Of a stretch of 64,000 nt of DNA, positions 56,688-64,000 are shown in pieces. The notes beneath the pieces were generated by a model. The model did no database searches, was not told the origin of the DNA, and saw nothing but the letters and a program-made list of their open reading frames with translations. Numbering within the stretch: the stretch's first letter is position 1; every line of letters begins with the position of its first letter. The position numbers and the translations under genes were made by a program. The stretch lies in the sequence record LR756502.1. One strand, written 5' to 3'.

Positions 56688-57167
56688 CTATTTTTCTTTC
56701 AGTTCTTCACATATATAGTCTAAAAAGTTATCAAGTTCATATTCTATACCACCACAAAATTCAAAAACATCATATGTTGAATTTTTATAAACCTTTTCAA
56801 AGTCGGCTACTGTATCACCATTTGGATATACTATTATTTTCCCTTCTAATATTCCCTCTGATATTTCTCCATTCTCCCACTCAATTGCGGGGACATATAG
56901 TGTACCTATGTGATGGATCTCATCACCATAGTCTTCTGTTAATCTATATTCAAACTTGAAATATCCTGAGTCATCCTCAAATACTTGATCATTTTCTAAA
57001 TATTTAATCTTGTTATGTATCTCATCCTCTTTATGTGATGAGTGTGAGTCTAGAAATTCCTTCTCTAATGAGGTTAGAGAGTCAACTCCATATTTTGAAA
57101 TTTTATCCAAAATATCGTCTTGTCTTTCTTGGGATCCATATCCCTCATATCTCATTAGATGTTTCAT
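56688..57167 (-). CDS. N-tagged protein with DUF6576-like segment
   Basis: MKHLMRYEGY; DDILDKISKYGVDSLTSLEKEFLDSHS. Confidence 0.75.
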   Translation of the reverse strand: MKHLMRYEGYGSQERQDDILDKISKYGVDSLTSLEKEFLDSHSSHKEDEIHNKIKYLENDQVFEDDSGYFKFEYRLTEDYGDEIHHIGTLYVPAIEWENGEISEGILEGKIIVYPNGDTVADFEKVYKNSTYDVFEFCGGIEYELDNFLDYICEELKEK

Positions 57168-57169
57168 AT

Positions 57170-57535
57170 TTAACTATTTATAATTCCATTGGTTGTTCCA
57201 ATATATGGCCCAACATTTATCATCTTTTCCTTTATCGATTTATAGACTTCATTTTGATATCCACTGGTTTGGTATATACAGACATATGAATTGTTAATTT
57301 GGTCAATTTCAAAATCTTCGAATTCTATATCATTTAAAATGTTATTTATTTTTCTTTCCCTTTCATATGATTTTTTTGAATCAGTGTAATTATCAACAAA
57401 GCAGAATATCATACCACCACTACCATCTTTTGGATGTGATAAAACCTTTTGAAAGTCTAATCCAAAATAGAACTTCATTGTCACTCCACTATCTTTATCT
57501 ATATGCTCATCAACCAATACCATCGAATATATCAT
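57170..57535 (-). CDS. hypothetical protein (internal RERKINNIL motif)
   Basis: Coupled run. Confidence 0.65.
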   Translation of the reverse strand: MIYSMVLVDEHIDKDSGVTMKFYFGLDFQKVLSHPKDGSGGMIFCFVDNYTDSKKSYERERKINNILNDIEFEDFEIDQINNSYVCIYQTSGYQNEVYKSIKEKMINVGPYIGTTNGIINS

Positions 57536-57740
57536 CTATTTTTTTATCCCTAGACTCTGACTTATATAATTCTAGTTGTCTTTCATTAAAAAGTTCATCA
57601 TTCTCAAATCTGTATTTATAGTCAATAAATGCTGAATTTGACATTTTTAGTAATTTATAAGCACCTTTACCTATCTTATTATCTGCTAACCTAGCATCTA
57701 AGTATAGAATATAGTATGGGTATATCTTATCTAATTTCAT
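57510..57740 (-). CDS. C-tagged hypothetical protein
   Basis: Ends SRDKKIDDIFDGIG; start MKLDKIY inferred. Confidence 0.65.
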   Translation of the reverse strand: MKLDKIYPYYILYLDARLADNKIGKGAYKLLKMSNSAFIDYKYRFENDELFNERQLELYKSESRDKKIDDIFDGIG

Positions 57741-57766
57741 ATTATATATATTGATTATTAATATAT

Positions 57767-58486
57767 ATGAATATGAAAAAGATATCATTTATTTTAGAGG
57801 CTCAGAATAGAGTTCATGGTGGTGGTAATCCATTTTCCAATGGTCATAGGAGCAGAGCAAATAAAGATGGATTTTTAAAAAGTCACTTTATGTTAGATCT
57901 TGATGAGATCATCTATGACCAAGATAATAAGATAATAGCTCTTGTTGAAAAGAAATATAAAGCAGATTCTGTTAAATTAGGTAATATACTTAAACAACCA
58001 ACAATACAAAAAGGAGTTTTGTTACATCTATCCAATATTCTTAAATGTAAGCTATTTGTTAATATAACAAGCGAGGATAAATATTATAGGATAGATAGTT
58101 TGACTGATTATAAAGAGTTTAGTTCAGAATCATTTGCGGAATCTAGTTCAAAATATCTTAAATATAACTCAGATGATATGATATATGTTGAGTATAAAAA
58201 ATCAGGTCAAAATTTTGTAATCAAAGCTATTACTAGAAGATTGGCAGATAATATAGATATTAATGGATTACTATCCTTAATGTCACAGAAATTAAATGTT
58301 CCAATAATTAAAGTTGATGATAATAGTGATGTGATAAAGTTCTATAAATCAACTGGACCTGGTGGGGTTTTTGTTGGTAAAGTTGAGTCTATACAAGATC
58401 CAAGTAGTTTAGTTGATGATTCTAAAAGAAGACAGCTAGAGGACGATTGGGAATCAATTTATAGAAAATTAGGAATCTGGGACTAG
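57767..58486 (+). CDS. hypothetical protein, possible PD-(D/E)xK nuclease fold
   Basis: LDLDEII...IALVEKK; tag-like KKISFILEA; TAATATATA upstream. Confidence 0.5.
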   Translation: MNMKKISFILEAQNRVHGGGNPFSNGHRSRANKDGFLKSHFMLDLDEIIYDQDNKIIALVEKKYKADSVKLGNILKQPTIQKGVLLHLSNILKCKLFVNITSEDKYYRIDSLTDYKEFSSESFAESSSKYLKYNSDDMIYVEYKKSGQNFVIKAITRRLADNIDINGLLSLMSQKLNVPIIKVDDNSDVIKFYKSTGPGGVFVGKVESIQDPSSLVDDSKRRQLEDDWESIYRKLGIWD

Positions 58487-59907
58487 AAACCACTACCCCC
58501 GAATATATCCATCACAACACTTAGTCTTGCTGTTATTTGTGGCATTCCCAAAGGTTCAATAATTGAATTTACTGGTGATAAAATAGCTTTCAAAAACTGA
58601 GTATCATAATCTATTTCTGGGGCAAATTCATGTGGATAAGACCCTCTTATATAGGCAAATGTATCATTTATAGACTTGTCCTTGCAACAAAAATATTTTA
58701 TCTTTGTCCCTGATTTTATAAATTCATATTTCTGTTGTAATCCTTTATCTTTATTTAAGAGATAGTTGTAGTATGCTGATGATTTAACTGCAAAATGCGC
58801 ACCACTTACAAATCCAAGTGGTAGTGTCTTGTCATTTGTTATCTTTGTCTCATAGTTTGAACAAGATGATTGCATACATATATCATCAATATTGGCAAGT
58901 TCGAATTCCTTTCTTAGATTCTTGACCAATTTTAGTAAGTCTTTAATATTGAATGTGTCAGGATTTGTAAACAGATACTTAACAATATGTACAATCTTCT
59001 CTCTCGCGAATAGAGGAGTTGATGATCTTACAAGCTCTACACCTTTTGGGTAGATATATGTAAGCTTTTCATATGGAATTCCATCCTCGTAGGTTATGTG
59101 ACAGATATACTTTTTCTTAGCAATGTTAATCATTGACTCTGATATTCTTTCTAATTCAAAGTCCTCCTTATTTTCAACTCCAAACCCAGCAGCATAGTCT
59201 TCTAGTGATTTCTTGAAATATCCACCATATCGATAGAAGTCTAATCCTTGTATATAGTCTAATTCATTTGACCAATTCCAAACCAATTCACATTTTATCT
59301 CTCCGGATTTGATAAGCTTACTAAGCTCTCTATTTTTTACAAAAAATCCATCAATTATAATAACATCATGTTCTTTTGATAGAAGTTCCTTCAACTCATC
59401 TATTTTATTAGCTTCACCAACACAATTTTTATTATCAAAAGACTCTTTTTCTTTTGATAATATAATAAATTTCTTATCAATCGAGTCTAAATAAGTTCTA
59501 TTGAATTTTAGGTTCTTCCAAGTCGAATGATCTATTGCTGGTTTGAATGAAACGAAAAGAGAATCGGTATCCGCATATATAGACACATGCTCTGTTCTAG
59601 GTACTTGTGTTACGTTAGTAACACATACTTTATCATGTAACTCCGTGTCAAGATGCCATTGGTCATACCAATAGTCCTCATTAACCTTGTCCATGGTCTT
59701 TGTTAAATCTCTTCCTTGTGCAGTTATTGTACCAGCAACGTGGTTATTAAATAATATAAAATACTGTGTAGCGAATGCTCCATATGATCCGTTAAGTACA
59801 AGTTTTAATGCCAACTGCATTGCATTGTAGTAATCAACTTCCTTTTTAAGATCGGAAGCTTTATTTTTCAGTAAGGCTATTTTTTTGATTTTCTCATCCC
59901 TTGTCAT
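58483..59907 (-). CDS. family B DNA polymerase, C-terminal subunit of a split gp43-like enzyme
   Basis: Motif B KLVLNGSYG and motif C YADTDS present; no exonuclease domain or motif A; KKKY and KGVELVRSSTP. Confidence 0.9.
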   Translation of the reverse strand: MTRDEKIKKIALLKNKASDLKKEVDYYNAMQLALKLVLNGSYGAFATQYFILFNNHVAGTITAQGRDLTKTMDKVNEDYWYDQWHLDTELHDKVCVTNVTQVPRTEHVSIYADTDSLFVSFKPAIDHSTWKNLKFNRTYLDSIDKKFIILSKEKESFDNKNCVGEANKIDELKELLSKEHDVIIIDGFFVKNRELSKLIKSGEIKCELVWNWSNELDYIQGLDFYRYGGYFKKSLEDYAAGFGVENKEDFELERISESMINIAKKKYICHITYEDGIPYEKLTYIYPKGVELVRSSTPLFAREKIVHIVKYLFTNPDTFNIKDLLKLVKNLRKEFELANIDDICMQSSCSNYETKITNDKTLPLGFVSGAHFAVKSSAYYNYLLNKDKGLQQKYEFIKSGTKIKYFCCKDKSINDTFAYIRGSYPHEFAPEIDYDTQFLKAILSPVNSIIEPLGMPQITARLSVVMDIFGGSGF

Positions 59908-59937
59908 CTACATTTATAGGGGAATAGTAAAAAAAGT

Positions 59938-60711
59938 TTAACTCTGAGCAGCGGTTAATGCTTTTACTTGGGTTATTAGCGATTCGAGTCTATCAACAAT
60001 TGCTCCTGCTTGGTCACCGGTATAAGATCCTGGTAGAATTGTTGACCAAGGGTCTCCAGCTGATCCAGCAGAGTTTAGTTTATTACCCATTGTTCCAGCT
60101 GTATTGAAATCTGCAGCGAGTGCTTCCCAAACAGCTCTTGCTAAGTTTTCCGGTGATAAATCGGTAAATGGTGTTAGTGTGGCTGTTATATCAGCTGTCG
60201 CTGTTATTGAATTTGACATACTACCAGTTCCGCTCATAAGAGCTATTGCATTTCCTAAAGCTGTTATTGATGCTACAAAGTTTCCACTGCCTGCAAGTGT
60301 TATAGAAGCTTCCAATTTACCACTAATTGACGCTGAGAATGTTCCTGATCCTTGAATAAGTGCAACTGCTGATAAAACTAAGGACAAGTTTGCGATGGAT
60401 ATGAACCCACCGCCAGTTAGACCAGCTTCCGCATTCAATCCACCCGCCAAATTAGCAGATGCTGAACCAACACCACTTACTAATGTAAATGATCCAAGAC
60501 CGCCACTAACCTGAGCCATATTCCAACTGTATGGTGCTCTGTATCCGGTTGGTGTCCCGGATGATCTATTCATGTAGTTTGATCCACCGGTTGCTCCAGA
60601 GAACATAGATCTCCTTGATCCTGTTTTAATTTCGGCATTATTATATACTGTAGGGCTTGTGAATGTCCTACCTGGGTGTTTATTTACTACAGAGTAATTT
60701 CCTATAAGCAT
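59938..60711 (-). CDS. Gly/Ala/Ser-rich virion structural/fibre-associated protein
   Basis: Low-complexity G/A/S beta repeats; ends a structural cassette. Confidence 0.55.
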   Translation of the reverse strand: MLIGNYSVVNKHPGRTFTSPTVYNNAEIKTGSRRSMFSGATGGSNYMNRSSGTPTGYRAPYSWNMAQVSGGLGSFTLVSGVGSASANLAGGLNAEAGLTGGGFISIANLSLVLSAVALIQGSGTFSASISGKLEASITLAGSGNFVASITALGNAIALMSGTGSMSNSITATADITATLTPFTDLSPENLARAVWEALAADFNTAGTMGNKLNSAGSAGDPWSTILPGSYTGDQAGAIVDRLESLITQVKALTAAQS

Positions 60712-60726
60712 TCATAAGTATATTTT

Positions 60727-61620
60727 TTATCCCCAAGCAAAATCTATATGTCCAAAAAATGAAGAGTTGATTGGTGTTGCTGCTCCATTATATAGTAAAA
60801 AATGTATGTTTGCTCCATCATATACTCTAGGTAAAGAAGGAACTTGATTCATAAAATCTCTTTCTGCTGCAACACCAATTGTTGTCATTGGTAATGTAAA
60901 TAATGGCTTACAAAACATCAATGCGAATTCACCTGATACATATGATGCTGATAACTGAAAGCTGGTAATATATCTAATACCAGCATCACCTGTTTGCAAT
61001 GGTATAAATGGTCCATATTTACCAACACCTGTACCGGAGTATAAAATAAGACCATTAGCGCCTGCTGTTTTACATGTCGGTAGAGTTGCTGGTGTTACCC
61101 TTGATGCAGACCCAACAGAATTAACATAGGTTAGTGTAATTGTTGGTACGCCTGCTCCCATTGGGGTTGCGTTTGTGTTAACCATGTAAACTTGCACACC
61201 AGCACCATCAGTATATCTTGGCAAAGATGCTGTAACGACTATCTGTGAGGTGATACCTATAACATTTGTTACTCTAACATATGCTAATAGATCCACCGCC
61301 ATAATTACCGCAGGCATTGTTGTTACTGCTGCAGAAAATGCAGAAGCGTTTACAATATGTTTTGTTTCTGAACCAGTATCACCACCAGTATAAATACCAG
61401 ATGCTGACGCAGTTGATTGTGATAAACCAGTCATTGAGTTTGTTACACCTCTATTATAAAGGTCATCAGCTGTTGGATTTCCAGCACCTCTGGATAATGA
61501 GAACCACTCACCAGCAACTGCTGGTGTTGTTGGTAGAAAGTTTTTATTCCAATCTACCCTCCAAAATTTTCCATTTGTTGATGTTTTATTTATAAAATCA
61601 TCCATTGAGCTAAATCCCAT
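60727..61620 (-). CDS. putative virion structural protein, paralog of the next gene
   Basis: Shares YVNSVG..SR, GPFIPLQTGDAGIRYI, LMFCKPL with 61639-62493. Confidence 0.6.
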   Translation of the reverse strand: MGFSSMDDFINKTSTNGKFWRVDWNKNFLPTTPAVAGEWFSLSRGAGNPTADDLYNRGVTNSMTGLSQSTASASGIYTGGDTGSETKHIVNASAFSAAVTTMPAVIMAVDLLAYVRVTNVIGITSQIVVTASLPRYTDGAGVQVYMVNTNATPMGAGVPTITLTYVNSVGSASRVTPATLPTCKTAGANGLILYSGTGVGKYGPFIPLQTGDAGIRYITSFQLSASYVSGEFALMFCKPLFTLPMTTIGVAAERDFMNQVPSLPRVYDGANIHFLLYNGAATPINSSFFGHIDFAWG

Positions 61621-61638
61621 GTTATTGTTTAATTTTTT

Positions 61639-62493
61639 TTAAGTCCATATCGTTTTTATGGTTCCGTGTAATGATGTTGCTGCTAAGCTTCCGTTTGGAA
61701 GGCATATAAAATTTAAATAAGAGTCTGGCTTTATTTCTGGAAGAGACAAAGCATTATTTACCAAGAAATCTTTTTCAACAGGAGCTGTTATTTCTAATAT
61801 TTGTGTAGATGCTATTGGTTTTACAAGCACTAATGTAAATAGTCCAACATCAACACCACCCATAGTAACTGATTGTATAGATTTCACACCACTGTCACCG
61901 GCTTGTAATGGTAAGAATGGACCAACCATATCAACTGTAGCTCCTTCCGTGGTGACAATATTACCGGTTATTGATGTTGTATTTTGTGATGCTGTTCCGG
62001 TAACTCTACCAGCGACATCATCTTGGTTTGTATATTTAACTGTAAATGTTTGACCACCTGTTCTACCCGCAACTGATATCGCCATTATCTGAACTCCTTT
62101 ACCATCACTCCATCTTAGTAATGGAGTTGATGTTGTTAGTATTTGCTCATCAGTGGTTCCCTCATCTATAAATGGATAGTACATTAGATAGTCTAATAGT
62201 AATATTCTCATTGGTAATGCGGTAGCTGTATTTGATATAACTGTTAATTCCTTAAGAAAGGTTTTGCTTGATGTCAACCCGGTGTTGTGATATAGTCCAA
62301 CGTCAGAACTTTTAAAATTAACAGACACTAGTGGGGTTGATGCGTAATATTGTGGAATAGGATTGCCTGGAGTAACTGATAGATCATACCAAACCCTCGC
62401 TGGAGTTACACCTGTTGGTGATTTTCTCCAGGACCCGATTGATGTTTTCCCATCTGTTTCAATTGCATCTACAAGTTCTTTTAAATTCCTCAC
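61639..62493 (-). CDS. putative virion structural protein (GTG start)
   Basis: YTNQDDVAGR, GPFLPLQAGDSGVKSI, LVLVKPI. Confidence 0.6.
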   Translation of the reverse strand: MRNLKELVDAIETDGKTSIGSWRKSPTGVTPARVWYDLSVTPGNPIPQYYASTPLVSVNFKSSDVGLYHNTGLTSSKTFLKELTVISNTATALPMRILLLDYLMYYPFIDEGTTDEQILTTSTPLLRWSDGKGVQIMAISVAGRTGGQTFTVKYTNQDDVAGRVTGTASQNTTSITGNIVTTEGATVDMVGPFLPLQAGDSGVKSIQSVTMGGVDVGLFTLVLVKPIASTQILEITAPVEKDFLVNNALSLPEIKPDSYLNFICLPNGSLAATSLHGTIKTIWT

Positions 62494-62499
62494 TAATTA

Positions 62500-62655
62500 T
62501 TACTTAACTTTATTTACTGAAGAAGATCCATAAGTTATTGCTGATATCTCGGCGATAATTGGAGCTTTACAGTTACAAGCTTTTATTGGCTCTGCTATTC
62601 CTGGTAGAATAATAACAGCCAAATTACATTTACTACATCTATAAGTCTGTTGCAT
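62500..62655 (-). CDS. 51-aa Cys-rich (CxxC...CxC) protein (not in track)
   Basis: MQQTYRCSKCNLAVIILPGIAEPIKACNCKAPIIAEISAITYGSSSVNKVK; fills the gap in the cassette. Confidence 0.65.
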   Translation of the reverse strand: MQQTYRCSKCNLAVIILPGIAEPIKACNCKAPIIAEISAITYGSSSVNKVK

Positions 62656-62782
62656 AAAATTTTATATTTGTTTTTCCTTCTTCTTCTAGTTGCTTAAAGT
62701 AAGCAAATGCCTCTTTAATATCTAGAAATAAAACGACTGGTTTTACATCATCGTCTCTATCAATTATACAATGTACCACCAT
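62639..62782 (-). CDS. 47-aa hypothetical protein (not in track)
   Basis: MVVHCIIDRDDDVKPVVLFLDIKEAFAYFKQLEEEGKTNIKFYATDL; ATG 1 nt after the upstream stop. Confidence 0.55.
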   Translation of the reverse strand: MVVHCIIDRDDDVKPVVLFLDIKEAFAYFKQLEEEGKTNIKFYATDL

Positions 62783-62783
62783 A

Positions 62784-63194
62784 CTAGTCTTCTTGAATTT
62801 GTAATGCTGCCGCAGAAAACTGTGGCTGAATTAGATTCGTCACTGTTAGTGATGAGTTTAGTTGACCAGAATATAATATCTGTGTTGCTCCCGAACTTGA
62901 TAGACCGATTGCTACATAGGTTAATACATTTGTGCCTCCTGTTGATTGTGGGAACTGTATAAGAGCTGCGTTTTGAGCAGTATTACCAGATACTGACCAC
63001 CCTACGACACTTCTTACAACCTCTACTCTTGAGTAGGATCCATAATTTGCTTCAAATGAGCTTTGATCACCAGAGTCAGTTGGGTCCGCTGTGTGTAGCG
63101 AAACGTATAGGTTTGGTGAAGCATTCCAGGTGAAAGGAGTTGCCTTAAATGTATAATTAAGGAAATCGGTTTCAGTTGTGTTACTTTTTGACAT
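62784..63194 (-). CDS. phage tail-fibre-associated structural protein
   Basis: LYVSLHTADP...EANYGSYSRV...IQFPQSTGG...LYSGQL. Confidence 0.65.
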   Translation of the reverse strand: MSKSNTTETDFLNYTFKATPFTWNASPNLYVSLHTADPTDSGDQSSFEANYGSYSRVEVVRSVVGWSVSGNTAQNAALIQFPQSTGGTNVLTYVAIGLSSSGATQILYSGQLNSSLTVTNLIQPQFSAAALQIQED

Positions 63195-63250
63195 AAATTA
63201 ATCTTCTTTTTTATTATATATTATATATGACTTATTCATTTTGTTTAGAT

Positions 63251-64000
63251 TTAGGTATATGCTATACTAGATAAAGTTGCCCCAGAGTATGTTAATGTTT
63301 TTGTTAATGATATTCCACCCGGAGTATTTCCAGACAGAACTATACTTGTAATGTTATCTCCTGTATAATTAAGTGTCTTTATTATTGAATATGTACCAAA
63401 TGTATATGTAATTGTTGTTAGATTACTTCCTGTGTAACTAAACGAATAATCATATGATTTCAAATTTTTCGAAACGGATTCATATGTTTCTACAAAAGAT
63501 CCTGATCCGGTTGCTCCCTGAATACCTTGAATACCTTGACTTCCTGTTGCTCCTGCTGATCCTGTTGATCCTTGAATACCTTGACTTCCTGTTGCTCCTG
63601 CTGGTCCTGTTGCTCCAGTTTCTCCCTGAATACCTTGACTCCCAGTAGCACCTACTGGTCCAGTTGATCCGGTTGCTCCTTGAACACCTTGACTTCCTGT
63701 TGCTCCTTGAACACCTTGACTTCCTGTTGCTCCTTGACTACCAGTAACACCAACTACCAAACCCATACTTGAATATATTGATGATGTTGCTGCATTTAAT
63801 TGACTAACATTTACCGCATCAAGATTGTTAGATCCGGTTGCCAAATTTATAATCTTATTATTACCATGATCAACCAATCCATCAAATCTACTTGCGCTAC
63901 CTTGTACCCATAAAGCATAGTTATTTGTTATAGTCATATTTGGTCCAGTTGTTGCTGCTCCTGTTATTGCTAGTGTTGCTGCATTTGTTATAACTGATGC
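63251..64000 (-). CDS. collagen-like fibre protein, 5'-truncated by window edge
   Basis: Frame open to base 64000; YadA-neck-like KIINLATG...DAVNVSQL; 28 G-X-Y triplets. Confidence 0.85.
   Translation of the reverse strand, partial: ASVITNAATLAITGAATTGPNMTITNNYALWVQGSASRFDGLVDHGNNKIINLATGSNNLDAVNVSQLNAATSSIYSSMGLVVGVTGSQGATGSQGVQGATGSQGVQGATGSTGPVGATGSQGIQGETGATGPAGATGSQGIQGSTGSAGATGSQGIQGIQGATGSGSFVETYESVSKNLKSYDYSFSYTGSNLTTITYTFGTYSIIKTLNYTGDNITSIVLSGNTPGGISLTKTLTYSGATLSSIAYT
63500..63751 (-). repeat. collagen G-X-Y tandem repeat (9/27-bp periodicity)
   Basis: [12 protein letters not shown] repeated. Confidence 0.9.

Noticed and set aside
59269-59517. Intein in the polymerase
   Set aside because: No N-terminal Cys/Ser block and no His-Asn followed by Cys/Ser/Thr; too short.
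4730-63648. About 40 short track ORFs nested in or antisense to better genes (e.g. 4730, 5374, 5645, 7014, 8642, 8866, 9182, 9860, 9895, 15778, 18896, 24340, 26167, 30037, 38066, 51750, 59309, 60104, 63454)
   Set aside because: They overlap motif-bearing genes, show antisense-type composition and have no promoter, tag or motif support.
1-64000. Genome-wide stop-codon reassignment (code 4 or 15)
   Set aside because: Genes tile densely under code 11, conserved enzymes are intact, and TGA/TAG terminate coupled genes. Only the RF gene shows an internal stop.
1-64000. Eukaryotic giant virus or bacterial chromosome origin
   Set aside because: T4-like primase, UvsW, baseplate and split gp43 with bacterial-type HU, ClpP and RF indicate a large bacteriophage; no ribosomal or core metabolic operons.

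Overview
AT-rich, densely coding, two-stranded segment of a very large T4-related (jumbo/mega) myophage. It carries a gp61-like primase, a UvsW helicase, the C-terminal half of a split family-B DNA polymerase, a baseplate cluster (gp53-like, hub with GH19, gp5-like OB fold with a YkuD-like domain) and a collagen/fibre cassette. Host-like genes include RNase R, ClpP, HU, an FKBP PPIase and a class II aaRS-like fragment. Recurrent TAnnTTTG promoter elements, SD-less AT-rich leaders and DUF6576-like motifs suggest a Bacteroidota host (inference). Strongest unannotated signals: (1) a complete RF1-type release factor gene (45246-45926, minus), absent from the ORF track, with one in-frame TGA at codon 52; (2) about 30 ORFs with their own TAATATATA element and an N-terminal MK[HY]LKx[FY]xx[FN]E tag resembling the T4 capsid-targeting sequence, against about 20 other ORFs with an R[DN]xK[IL]xx[IL]L helix; (3) a promoter-to-terminator ~270-nt structured RNA with complementary (kissing) loops at 14354-14582; (4) three candidate promoter classes; (5) a receiver-domain-like insert in the polymerase. 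No tRNA, rRNA or CRISPR array seen. All calls come from reading motifs by eye; no searches or folding programs were run.
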